Source of the DNA: an uncultured virus (IMG/VR IMGVR_UViG_3300000928_001655)
Lineage: Duplodnaviria > Heunggongvirae > Uroviricota > Caudoviricetes
Length of the DNA stretch: 64,000 bases
IMG/VR virus record: IMGVR_UViG_3300000928_001655
Strand: one strand, 5' to 3'
Shown here: piece after piece, positions 34,190 to 44,399 of the stretch
Layout: the number at the start of each line of letters is the position of its first letter
Numbering within the stretch: the stretch's first letter is position 1
Notes under the pieces: generated by a model
What the model was told of the DNA's origin: nothing
Seen by the model: the letters and a program-made list of their open reading frames with translations, nothing else
Database searches by the model: none
Translations under genes and position numbers: made by a program

Positions 34190-36082
34190 ATGAAATCAAG
34201 ATACAACATTATACTACAAGACGGTGGAATGCAAGAGCAAACTCTTGCAACTAATGATGTTGTTAATATGGAAGTCTTGGATTCGTTACCGATGATTAAT
34301 GGTGTCGTGTCAATGAACCTCACTGAAGAAGAAGCAGAACTACTTCAATCTCAGGGTAACGTTCTTGCAGTAGAAAAAGAACTTGATGTTATCGAAGAAG
34401 CACAGTTTCCAAGAAACCTTCAAGATATAACTATTAGAACAAGAACTACACCACTTTCAACTACGCCTGGAGAGACACAGACTTCTACATTCTTCTCTTT
34501 CCAGAGTGATATGTCTTTGAGAAGTACAAGTCAACCCCTCGTTGCGAATACAGGTCCTCTTGGTTTCTTTACAGGATCACCCGAAAATGAAGATGCATCC
34601 GTCCCCTTCTTAGATATACCACAGAACTACGCAGGTAATTATGTTGATATCGTTGCAATTGAAGCTGGATCACCAGTTGTGGCAAACGATGTTTGGGAAA
34701 ATCATGTAGATGCATTAGATGATAATGGGTCTTCTAGGTTTGTGAGAACTGATTGGAATGTCTATAATAATTCAATAACAAGTGCTCGAAATCTACAAGC
34801 GACAAATGGTAACACAATGTTCTCTTCACATGCGATTGGTGTGATGAGTGCCGCAGGTGGTTTGTATTGTGGTTGGGCAAAGGTCTCAAGTTTACGAGTG
34901 ATCTATCTTTCAGATGGTGTTACAACAGCATATGATGCAGTTTTAAACTTTCATCAAAACAAACCAGTCAATCCCACCACAGGTGTGAGAAATGCTACCA
35001 TAACTACTGGTGCATGGGGATACTCAGGTCTTGAGCATCAAGTTCAATATAAAATAGATGACATTAATCAAATCACTGATGTAAAATCAAACGGTGATGA
35101 AGTTATCACAAACAGACCCGCTGGCGGTTGGAATGGTGATTACTCTGCATTTGTTGCGGCGAACCTTTCACCTCGTGTCGTAGAAGATCCTGTAGATCAG
35201 ACAGAGAAGTGGTTCATTAGTGTTGGTTCTGCATCCTTTGGGTCGACATTCGATACTCTCGTTGGAAACTTTGCAAGTACTAACGGTATATACCACTTTA
35301 AGAGTGCAGGTAACAATTCAGGTGTTGGTGTTAAGTACAGTGATCCTGCATGGAATACTAGATGCGCAACAGATGCTGGCGATACAGTTGATACAGATCT
35401 AGACGGTAGTGGTGATTATATGTTCACAACAACAGGAAGAACCGCCAGAACCATTTACCCATTGAGGGCATATGCTGCCTCATCTTCAAACTGTTATGTA
35501 ATTGGTGCATGTCAACACAGTAGTACCAACAGACTTCCAGATGACTACAGTAACAGAGGACCTTACATTGATCTATGGGCGCATGGTGCGTATACTTGGA
35601 CAAGTTATCCAAGCTCCACTTATGAAGGTGGATACAAATGGGGTTTCTTCTCAGGTACAAGTTGTGCCGCTCCAGTCGCCGCAGGTGCAGGTGCCATCTT
35701 TGTAGATTGGTTCTTCGACACAACTGGTAAGTATCCAACTCATGATCAATTACTAGAAGCAATGCAAAGAACTGCAAAAGAAGTAATGATCAGTGAAAAC
35801 TTAATTGACTGGACAAATGCAGGTACTGCAGGAGCAACTGCAACCTCTGATATGCTCTACAGTTCAAACAGAGTAAACAAGATCGTTGAAGGATTTCCAC
35901 AGAACGGTGGATCTGATCTTTCCGATTTATATGGTTCCACAACAAAACGTGTTTTCATACCAAATTATATTAGAATGAATACCAAGTCCAGATCTTCGTC
36001 AGAAACTAGACGCAACTTCTTTGTTGATAATAACGAAGACTCAAGACAACTATATCCACGCAGAAAAATCCGATTGGGTTAA
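34190..36082 (+). CDS. Subtilisin-like S8 serine protease
   Basis: SHAIGVMSAAGG (His), KSAGNN (oxyanion Asn), YSNRGPYIDLWA.G and FSGTSCAAPVAAG (Ser); I9-like prodomain at the N-terminus. Confidence 0.85.
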   Translation: MKSRYNIILQDGGMQEQTLATNDVVNMEVLDSLPMINGVVSMNLTEEEAELLQSQGNVLAVEKELDVIEEAQFPRNLQDITIRTRTTPLSTTPGETQTSTFFSFQSDMSLRSTSQPLVANTGPLGFFTGSPENEDASVPFLDIPQNYAGNYVDIVAIEAGSPVVANDVWENHVDALDDNGSSRFVRTDWNVYNNSITSARNLQATNGNTMFSSHAIGVMSAAGGLYCGWAKVSSLRVIYLSDGVTTAYDAVLNFHQNKPVNPTTGVRNATITTGAWGYSGLEHQVQYKIDDINQITDVKSNGDEVITNRPAGGWNGDYSAFVAANLSPRVVEDPVDQTEKWFISVGSASFGSTFDTLVGNFASTNGIYHFKSAGNNSGVGVKYSDPAWNTRCATDAGDTVDTDLDGSGDYMFTTTGRTARTIYPLRAYAASSSNCYVIGACQHSSTNRLPDDYSNRGPYIDLWAHGAYTWTSYPSSTYEGGYKWGFFSGTSCAAPVAAGAGAIFVDWFFDTTGKYPTHDQLLEAMQRTAKEVMISENLIDWTNAGTAGATATSDMLYSSNRVNKIVEGFPQNGGSDLSDLYGSTTKRVFIPNYIRMNTKSRSSSETRRNFFVDNNEDSRQLYPRRKIRLG

Positions 36083-36085
36083 CAC

Positions 36086-36093
36086 CATAAATA
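36086..36093 (+). promoter_or_regulatory. Late promoter variant
   Basis: Intergenic CATAAATA upstream of gp8. Confidence 0.6.
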
Positions 36094-36124
36094 TTATGAG
36101 AAATATGAAAAACAGAGAGATACA

Positions 36125-37762
36125 ATGGCAGAAATCTTAACTACACAATTCAAATCCGATACGACACGATTGTTTATTGAAGACATCGTGAACAGTGACA
36201 TGTACATTATGTGTTCTGCGATTGAACGTATTGATGCTGAAAACTCTCAGTTCTCAGATAATGAGTTCAAAGAGCGAATTCTTTTTGGTAAACAAGTGTA
36301 CAATGATGATGTTCACTTCATGATCAAGTATTACCCATGGCAAAGAGATGAAGTATTTGTTCAGTATGATGATGCAATTGATTTGGAAGATCAGAAGTTT
36401 TATGCCGTAGTTGGTCCGACAAACAACGACACTGGTGACTACAGAATATTCAAATGTCTATTCAATAATGACAATGCACCAGTAGAAGCTCCACCTGCAT
36501 GGAACGCAAACACTGATTCTCAAATCTATCAAACTGCCGATGGATACCTTTGGAAGTATATGTACGATCTGAGTGACTTGAACTTCGAAGCATATAACGC
36601 ACTTGGGTATATTCCAATTAAGAGTTCTGATTTCGTAGTTGATCCAGTTGCGAATACAACTGGTGGTGAAGTATCAGACATCTTTGTGACAAACTTAGAT
36701 GATAACTTAGGATACACTAAAGTAACAGGTTCATTATCCCAGGCACCGTATAGTACAAGACTATTATTTGGTAGACCTAATGATGTCAACGATATCTCTC
36801 AGATTTTCTTTTACTATTATGGTCAAACCCTTTACGTTACAAATAATGACAATGCGGTAACTAACCTATTCAACATTGAATTCTATCAATATAACACCAC
36901 AACAGGTGAAGTACAATTCAGAGTAGATAGAGATCCAGTACTCGCAGGGGTTTCCCAGAATGCTAGTTGGCAAATCCTACCAAGAATTCAAATCGATGGT
37001 GATGGTACAGGCGCAGTAGCGATCCCAGTCATCGATAGTAGAGGTAGAATTAGAAATACAACATTGTTATCACGTGGTAGTGCATATAACAATGTCGTCG
37101 CAAGAGTTGTTGATCCACTTTACGACTTTTCACCCAACGATCCAACAAGAACAGACACTCGTGCTATCCTTAGACCCATCCTTTCACCAGTAGATGGACA
37201 TGGACACGATCTAATTGATGAGTTTAAATGCCACCATTTCGGCATATATGCATATATAACAGGAGAGGATAATCTTCTTATTGGTGCAAATAACACATAC
37301 TCGACAATCGGACTGGTCAAAAACCCTGAATTTAGGGATGGAAACAACGTATTAATAGCAAGTAATGACATTCCATCAGTCTTTGACAATAGGATTGCAG
37401 TTACTACCGATGATTTTGATAAAACATTGGTCAACGGTATCGTTCAACAGTTAAACGCAGACCAAGAGGTCGTATTTAAAGCAGTTGTTCATGATATCGA
37501 TTATTCGAGTAACACGTTATATCTTGCAGAATATATGGGTGAGTATCAGAATCAAGCAAATTCAAGTAACTCACTAGACTTGAACCTAAACTTGCGTAAT
37601 GAGACTGGTCAGTTAATGCGAATAAATACACCTATAGCGTCTAATGTAATTGAACCGACTTACGTGCAGCGATCAGGAAGAACATATTTTGTTGAAGACT
37701 TTTTTGCATTGCCTAGAACGGAAAACTCACGAGAAGAATTTAAATTCGTGATGGAATTTTAA
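36125..37762 (+). CDS. 8: Baseplate wedge subunit gp8-like
   Basis: YRIFKCLFNN, TADGYLWKYMY, I.GDGTGA.A, SP.DGHG.D, IGLVKNP and EEFKFVMEF. Confidence 0.88.
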   Translation: MAEILTTQFKSDTTRLFIEDIVNSDMYIMCSAIERIDAENSQFSDNEFKERILFGKQVYNDDVHFMIKYYPWQRDEVFVQYDDAIDLEDQKFYAVVGPTNNDTGDYRIFKCLFNNDNAPVEAPPAWNANTDSQIYQTADGYLWKYMYDLSDLNFEAYNALGYIPIKSSDFVVDPVANTTGGEVSDIFVTNLDDNLGYTKVTGSLSQAPYSTRLLFGRPNDVNDISQIFFYYYGQTLYVTNNDNAVTNLFNIEFYQYNTTTGEVQFRVDRDPVLAGVSQNASWQILPRIQIDGDGTGAVAIPVIDSRGRIRNTTLLSRGSAYNNVVARVVDPLYDFSPNDPTRTDTRAILRPILSPVDGHGHDLIDEFKCHHFGIYAYITGEDNLLIGANNTYSTIGLVKNPEFRDGNNVLIASNDIPSVFDNRIAVTTDDFDKTLVNGIVQQLNADQEVVFKAVVHDIDYSSNTLYLAEYMGEYQNQANSSNSLDLNLNLRNETGQLMRINTPIASNVIEPTYVQRSGRTYFVEDFFALPRTENSREEFKFVMEF

Positions 37763-37774
37763 GGAAGAGATAGA

Positions 37775-40700
37775 ATGCCGATTAATACAGATTTAAATGT
37801 ATCACCATACTTCGATGACTTCGACATCGAAAACCAGTTCTATCGTGTACTGTTCAAACCAGGCTACGCAGTCCAATCACGTGAACTTACACAACTTCAA
37901 ACTTCTATGCAGAACCAAGTGGAACAATTTGGTGATAACGTCTTTAAAGAAGGTAGTATCGTTAAAGGTTGTACATTTACTGACATCTCAGACCTTAAAT
38001 TCGTAAAGACTGCTAACCGTGAAGCATCAGAAACTCTTAGTCAGACATATTTCAACCCAGAAGCATATGTAAGTGAACGAACTACTACTACAGACACTCT
38101 AGGTGGTGTTTCAACTGAGATCGATATCGTATACGTTCTAGTTGGTGCAACCTCTTTGGTGAGTGCACAAGTTGTCGCTGCAAGTGCAGGTTTTACAACT
38201 CGTCCACCTAATCTAAACACTTTCTTCATCCGTTACCTGAATACAGAGGGTACTGCAAAAGAATTTGCAGCGGGTGAAACAATTCGTATTGACAAGTACA
38301 CATACAAAGCTGGTACAGTTGAACCACTGACACCTGTTGAAACTGGTATTGATAGCATCGATGTTGCCCGTGCATCATACGATCCAACAGGTTCATCTTT
38401 CGGTATTCAAGTCGCTCCAGGCATCTTATTCCAAAAGGGACACTTCCTCTATGCAGAAGAACAAACCCTTGTTGTTGAAAAATATAACGCAGAACCTGCT
38501 GATGCGCACGTTGGTTTTAAAATCGACGAAGCACTTGTTTCATATCTTCAAGACGATAGTCTGTATGATAACGCAAACGGTTCGACAAACGAAAATGCGC
38601 CAGGCGCAGACAGATTAAAACTCACACCTATTCTCTCGAAACTAACTGAAGCAGAATCAGAAGTAGACTCAACGTTCTTCTCATTAATTCGTTATCAAAA
38701 CGGAAACGCAGTTCGCATTCGTGACATATCTCAATATAACATTCTTGGTGATGTTACCGCAAGACGTACATATGAAGAGTCTGGTAACTATATCTTAAGA
38801 GACTTCCCAGTTTCTGTAGAAAGAAATCCAGATGTTGCGAACACTGCACTCGAAGCACTAGTAGATCCAGGCGTGGCATACGTTAAAGGATTTCGTGTCG
38901 AGTCAGTTGGGACACAGTCTTTCGAAGTAGAACCTACGACTAATACAGAAGTTCAGACATCGCAGCCTGTGTCCTTTAATTATGGTAACTATGTAGATGT
39001 CACTGGTTATTCTGGACACATCAACATTGATCTCTCAACTCCACAGGATCTTTTAGACGGTGGTAATGCAAAGATTGGTGAATGTTTCGTTTCTAACTTA
39101 ACAGAAGATCGTGCATACCTCTTTGGTGTTGATATGAACGCAGGTAAAGGTTTCAATGACGTTGCGAAGATTGACGGTGCAACTACTGGTGAAATCCTAG
39201 TTGGAAGTACCCTTAAGGGAACTGACAAACGTGCATACATCTTTGATACAGGTATGGACTATCTTTACGATGTATACGAAGATGATTTGATTGTACCTAT
39301 CAGAGGTCAGTCATCTCACGTGGTAAACAGCAATGAATTTACTATTACTACATCTTCAACAGGTGTGGGAACAGACTTCAATTTAACTCAAAATAACATC
39401 CTTGTTATTACTTCTACTGGTACAAAAGTAACTCCAACAGGTACTGCAGTCACACTTGGTGGTTCAAACTTGACTGTGACATTACCAAACGCCGCAGTAG
39501 GTGATGGTGTAAGTGTAATTTGTTACTACGACTACCGTGCAATCGATGCACGAGTGTTTACTAAGTCTGCAAGAGATGTATACTTAAAACTTGATCACGT
39601 TACTACTAGAACAAAATTCTCATTGGGTTTCCCAGACGTTTATAAAATTACTTCTATTGTAGATTCTTCTGGTAAAGATTACACAAAATCTTTCAGACTG
39701 AACATGAACCAAAAAGATCAATATTACGATCTATCTTTTATTGAGTATATTCAAGGTCGTGAACGCCCAATTAACGAACAACTTACTATTCGCATTGATG
39801 TATTTGAAACTCTCAAACCAGTTGGTGCGGAAAGTTTCTATCACGTTGCATCTTATACAGGTGTTGACGAAAAAGATATCCCAGTATATGTTTCAGAATC
39901 AGGATACAAATATAACCTACGTGACTGTTTGGACTTCAGACCACAGGTTGACAAACTCGCCGCATTAAGTTATAGTCAAGCTGCCCCTGCAGGTGCACCT
40001 GCCGTATCAATCGCAAACCAAAACACAATTGATGCTCAGGCTCCTTCATTCACAGGAAATTACACATTACCTGCGACAACTCAGTATGCATCTGCAGATA
40101 TTGAATATTATTTACCACGTTATGACATTATTGCTATTGACTCTTATGGTCAATTCAACTATATTAAAGGTGAGGAAGAAAGAGAACCACGTCCACCAAT
40201 GGTTGACGAAAATCAATTGGTCATCTCTGAAATCTTCGTGCCTGGTGCGCCAATCCTTTCACCCAAGGAAGCAAGTCAACAAGGTAAACGTGAGTACGCA
40301 GTACGTGCGAAATCAAAAGGCATTAAACGATATACGATGAAAGACATCGAAAATATCGAAAAGAGACTGGATAAACTGGTATACTATACATCATTGAACC
40401 AGTTGGAACAAGAAACAAACAACATGACTGTTCTTGACGAGAACGGATTGTCAAGATTTAAGAATGGATTTATTGTAGATCCATTTAATGACATGCATCT
40501 TGCAAACACAAGAGATCCAAAGTTTAATTCTGCAGTGCACTTCTCTAAGAAAATAATGACACCTGCAGTTACAACATTCCCATTAGATCTTAAGTACAAG
40601 ACTTCATCAGGTGCGACTGCATTCCCTGCACCGTCTGCTACTGAAGAACCTGCCGTTGCAACATTAAGTCGTAACGCCCACGTGTCTATCATTAATCAGA

Positions 40701-43219
40701 AGTATGCAACAGGATACAGAAACTGCGTATCTAACTTCTATAACTATCGTGGTCGTGGGTACATTAGACCACAATACGAAGCTGCATACGACACAACAAC
40801 CAATCCAATTGAGATTGATTTTGAAAAACCATTCGTAGATTTCGCAGAAGCATTGCAGAAGTTCATTCCTATGACAGATGCAAGAATTAACACAAATCAA
40901 TTTAGTGCAGAAATACAAGCACAGATGCGCCGTGCACGTTCAAATGGTGGTACAGTAACATTCACTGACACATTTGGTAATCTTGAATTTGAAGGTGGTA
41001 CAGAAACCAGTAAAGTTGGTGACTTTGTATCTAACTTCCAGTTCAAACCTTACATGGCTTCTACTGACATCAAGATCTTAGTATCTGGATTGAGACCGAA
41101 TACTCAACACTACTTCTTCTTTGATAAAGTAAACGTAGATGAGCATGTATGTAATGGTACTACAGTAAACAAAATCAGTAAGGTACGTCGACAAGGTAGA
41201 TTTGGCGCACCAATCTCCACAGATGCCAATGGTGTTTTACGTGCAGTCTTCAAATTGCCTGCAGAAAAATTCCTTGTTGGTGAAAGAGATTTACAAATCC
41301 TAGACGTTCAGCAGTACTCTGCAAGAAATTCTGCAGGTACGTCAAGATGTAAACTGAAATATTCTGCATATAACTTTGATGTAACAAAATCAAGTATGTC
41401 AACACGTATGCCTACAGTTGATTACTCAACATCAACATCTACTCGCAGTGTGACCTTCCGTCCACCACCCCCACCAGAACCAAGAGATAACAGTGGTGAT
41501 CCTCTTGCGCAGACTTTCTTCATTAAGAAAGGTATGGGACGTGGAAGTAATACGGTCTTTGCATCTAAATTAGATCTATATTTCAAACGTAAATCAACAT
41601 CTACCATCGCAGGTGGTGGTGGTATTAACGGTGTCACTGTTATGTTGCGTGAAGTTATCAATGGATACCCTTCATCAGAAGTTATTCCATTCTCTCAAGT
41701 TCACCTAGAAGCTAGTGAAGTTAATATCTCAGATGATGCAAGTGCCGCAACAACAGTTGAATTTGATGCACCGATTGCACTTGAAACTGAAAAAGAATAT
41801 GCATTTGTAATTGAACCAGATGCGAACGATCCAGGCTATCTTGCCTTCACATCAAAAGTTGGTCAGAAAGATCTAACGCCTGGTGCGACACAAGGTAAAC
41901 CAGTTGTTCAAGACTGGGGTGATGGGATGTTATTCACATCTACAAACAACTCTGCGTGGAAATCATACCAAGACGAAGATATTAAGTTTAGAATTTACCG
42001 TCATGACTTCAACGAGTCTACAGGTTCTGTCACAATGACAAACCGTGATCATGAGTTCTTTACAATCACAGATATCGCAGGTCCGTTCTCAGTTGGTGAA
42101 CAAATCTTCCAAGATACAGGTTCAGTTCAAACTATCGGTATGCCAAACGGAAGTAATGTAATTACAAGATCCAGTGGTGCGAACTTCGATACAATATATG
42201 CAGTTGGTGACTTTATCAAAGTTAACCTATCATCGAACACTTCATACCTAGATGTTTTCGAAGTTGTTGCGGTTGATTCACAAACAATCACAACAAACAA
42301 GGATGCAACAGACCTATGGACAGGTGCACAGGGTACTCCTGTGGTTGCAGGTACTTTGATCCACTATGACCCAACGAACCCAACAGAGATGATATTAGAG
42401 GGGTCTACTGCGAGATCAGGAGTGGTATTCTCTAACGGTAGTACGATACAAGGTGTGGACTCTGGATCTACTGCAGATATCGTAAGTATTGATAACATGA
42501 ACTTAAGTTATGTGCAACCATTCATTAATCGTATTAACGATAGTGTAACGAAAACTTCACTATCTGGTGTGTTCATCCCACCAGCCAACGTTGGTACTAC
42601 ATATAGTATGCCCATGAAGTTTAATGATAACAACAACTTCAACGCACAGGGTGCAATTATATACAGTAGATCAAGTAACGTGAACGGTAGTCTTGCGTTT
42701 GATATTACGGTAAATATGACCAATGGTGGTAACGTTACATCAAGTCCATTTGTGGATCTTGAAGTTGCTAAGTTGATGGCCTATAAATACGATATAACGA
42801 ACACACCAGACAACTCTGCAGGGTTTGTCTCTAAGACAGTAGAACTTGCAGAAGACTTTGATGCTGAGGACTTTAATTTGATTTTGACCGCACACAGACC
42901 AGTCGGTACAACTATCAAAACTTACATTCGTGCACAGAACGTTTTCGATAGTCAAGACTTCGCAGATGTTCCTTGGGTGGAAATGGAATTATTTGAAGGT
43001 GTTGAGACATATTCGTCTTCAACAAACTTAGATGATTATCGTGAATTCAGATATAGAATCGCTGCCGCAAACAAAGATGGACTTGGTGTTTATCAATACG
43101 TGAGTAGCGCAGGAACCTTCAAGTCGTACCGAAAGTTTGCGGTACGTATCGAATTATTGTCACCAAATGTGTATGACGCACCAATGGTGAAAGATTATAG
43201 AGGCATAGCATTGACATGA
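37775..43219 (+). CDS. Large virion structural protein, VrlC/DUF4815-like
   Basis: LNVSPYFDDF...FYRVLFKPG.AVQSRELTQLQ, APGADRLK, ARRTYEESGNY, LDFRP, RYTMKDI, RFKNGFIVDPF and DPLAQTF. Confidence 0.85.
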   Translation: MPINTDLNVSPYFDDFDIENQFYRVLFKPGYAVQSRELTQLQTSMQNQVEQFGDNVFKEGSIVKGCTFTDISDLKFVKTANREASETLSQTYFNPEAYVSERTTTTDTLGGVSTEIDIVYVLVGATSLVSAQVVAASAGFTTRPPNLNTFFIRYLNTEGTAKEFAAGETIRIDKYTYKAGTVEPLTPVETGIDSIDVARASYDPTGSSFGIQVAPGILFQKGHFLYAEEQTLVVEKYNAEPADAHVGFKIDEALVSYLQDDSLYDNANGSTNENAPGADRLKLTPILSKLTEAESEVDSTFFSLIRYQNGNAVRIRDISQYNILGDVTARRTYEESGNYILRDFPVSVERNPDVANTALEALVDPGVAYVKGFRVESVGTQSFEVEPTTNTEVQTSQPVSFNYGNYVDVTGYSGHINIDLSTPQDLLDGGNAKIGECFVSNLTEDRAYLFGVDMNAGKGFNDVAKIDGATTGEILVGSTLKGTDKRAYIFDTGMDYLYDVYEDDLIVPIRGQSSHVVNSNEFTITTSSTGVGTDFNLTQNNILVITSTGTKVTPTGTAVTLGGSNLTVTLPNAAVGDGVSVICYYDYRAIDARVFTKSARDVYLKLDHVTTRTKFSLGFPDVYKITSIVDSSGKDYTKSFRLNMNQKDQYYDLSFIEYIQGRERPINEQLTIRIDVFETLKPVGAESFYHVASYTGVDEKDIPVYVSESGYKYNLRDCLDFRPQVDKLAALSYSQAAPAGAPAVSIANQNTIDAQAPSFTGNYTLPATTQYASADIEYYLPRYDIIAIDSYGQFNYIKGEEEREPRPPMVDENQLVISEIFVPGAPILSPKEASQQGKREYAVRAKSKGIKRYTMKDIENIEKRLDKLVYYTSLNQLEQETNNMTVLDENGLSRFKNGFIVDPFNDMHLANTRDPKFNSAVHFSKKIMTPAVTTFPLDLKYKTSSGATAFPAPSATEEPAVATLSRNAHVSIINQKYATGYRNCVSNFYNYRGRGYIRPQYEAAYDTTTNPIEIDFEKPFVDFAEALQKFIPMTDARINTNQFSAEIQAQMRRARSNGGTVTFTDTFGNLEFEGGTETSKVGDFVSNFQFKPYMASTDIKILVSGLRPNTQHYFFFDKVNVDEHVCNGTTVNKISKVRRQGRFGAPISTDANGVLRAVFKLPAEKFLVGERDLQILDVQQYSARNSAGTSRCKLKYSAYNFDVTKSSMSTRMPTVDYSTSTSTRSVTFRPPPPPEPRDNSGDPLAQTFFIKKGMGRGSNTVFASKLDLYFKRKSTSTIAGGGGINGVTVMLREVINGYPSSEVIPFSQVHLEASEVNISDDASAATTVEFDAPIALETEKEYAFVIEPDANDPGYLAFTSKVGQKDLTPGATQGKPVVQDWGDGMLFTSTNNSAWKSYQDEDIKFRIYRHDFNESTGSVTMTNRDHEFFTITDIAGPFSVGEQIFQDTGSVQTIGMPNGSNVITRSSGANFDTIYAVGDFIKVNLSSNTSYLDVFEVVAVDSQTITTNKDATDLWTGAQGTPVVAGTLIHYDPTNPTEMILEGSTARSGVVFSNGSTIQGVDSGSTADIVSIDNMNLSYVQPFINRINDSVTKTSLSGVFIPPANVGTTYSMPMKFNDNNNFNAQGAIIYSRSSNVNGSLAFDITVNMTNGGNVTSSPFVDLEVAKLMAYKYDITNTPDNSAGFVSKTVELAEDFDAEDFNLILTAHRPVGTTIKTYIRAQNVFDSQDFADVPWVEMELFEGVETYSSSTNLDDYREFRYRIAAANKDGLGVYQYVSSAGTFKSYRKFAVRIELLSPNVYDAPMVKDYRGIALT

Positions 43220-43416
43220 CACGTAAACCTGCAAGCGAAATGACTAGGGATAGACATTCTAATGCAGTTTTGTCTACTGATACTACAGCTCTGAATAAAT
43301 ATAAGATGGAAAGACAATTATACAGAAAAGTTGATCAACTTTCTATAGATGTTGCAGACATTCAAGACTCTCTCGCAAGTATGTGTGAGAGAATAGCTAA
43401 ATTGGAAAATAAGTAA
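43216..43416 (+). CDS. Small coiled-coil protein
   Basis: Coupled by ATGA and TAATG overlaps; RD..SNAVL.TD motif followed by heptads. Confidence 0.75.
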   Translation: MTRKPASEMTRDRHSNAVLSTDTTALNKYKMERQLYRKVDQLSIDVADIQDSLASMCERIAKLENK

Positions 43417-44345
43417 TGGCAAAACCACTCTTAGCCGACATTACGGTGACTCAAACCTTTCAAAATTGGTTTGATAAAACAAATGAATTATCTGGTATCA
43501 TTCGCTCTGAAGCGGTGACTGCCTCGGCGGGTGGTGACTCTACAACAGGTAACGCAACACTTGTAGGAAATTTTACTGCAACTAATCTTGTCGGTGACGT
43601 ATCCACTGATGAAATCCAACCAGTAACAAATGGTGGTAGTGTAACATTTACCAACCCAACCATTCATAGTGCATTGTCTAATGGTATATGTTCTACATTC
43701 TCGTTTGGTGCAGGTGGTGGTAAAACTAGATATACAGATGGAAACATCGCTTGGGACGTTGGAATGGAAGATTCCACCAACGCAAACTTTATCATAGACA
43801 CTGGTGTAGGGACAAGAAAGTTTTCATTATCCCCATCAGGTACGATTGATACAGTTAACTTAGTATTAGACGAAGATGCATCTGGTAACAATGCAATCTT
43901 TAATAACTTCATCGGTGGGGATGTATCTGCAAACAACATCAACTACGAAGGTGCCTTAACAGGGCCAGGTGGAAACAACTCTCTTGCAGGTGACTTACTT
44001 CTTAGTGGTGACGTATACGCACGTAACGGTTACTTTTCTGGTGACGTTGTTACGAAATACACCACTTCTGACTATAGATTGAAAGAAAATCTAGAACTCA
44101 TTGAGAATGCCATAGATAAAGTAGAACAAATTAATGGTTATACTTTCAACTATATCAATGATCCAGATGAAAGAGTTGCAGGTGTAGTTGCACAGGAAGT
44201 CGAGAAAGTCTTACCTAATGTTACCTTTGAAGTGGATGAAGCTGGACACAAAGGTGTTCGATACGACAATTTGATCCCACTCTTAATTCAAGCGATCAAG
44301 GAATTAAGCGATAAAGTTGAACGTTTGGAAAAAAACAATCTTTGA
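43416..44345 (+). CDS. Tail fibre protein with a C-terminal intramolecular chaperone (peptidase S74)
   Basis: SDYRLKEN...GYTF...GVVAQEVEKVLP...VRYDNLIPLLIQAIKEL. Confidence 0.9.
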   Translation: MAKPLLADITVTQTFQNWFDKTNELSGIIRSEAVTASAGGDSTTGNATLVGNFTATNLVGDVSTDEIQPVTNGGSVTFTNPTIHSALSNGICSTFSFGAGGGKTRYTDGNIAWDVGMEDSTNANFIIDTGVGTRKFSLSPSGTIDTVNLVLDEDASGNNAIFNNFIGGDVSANNINYEGALTGPGGNNSLAGDLLLSGDVYARNGYFSGDVVTKYTTSDYRLKENLELIENAIDKVEQINGYTFNYINDPDERVAGVVAQEVEKVLPNVTFEVDEAGHKGVRYDNLIPLLIQAIKELSDKVERLEKNNL

Positions 44346-44370
44346 CATGATGATCCTGAATAAATAAAAT
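44342..44370 (+). promoter_or_regulatory. Sigma70-like promoter overlapping a late-promoter variant
   Basis: TTGACA 44342-44347, 17 bp spacer, TAAAAT 44365-44370; AATAAATA at 44359-44366. Confidence 0.55.
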
Positions 44371-44399
44371 AGAATAACATATTAGTAAGGTAGACTAGA

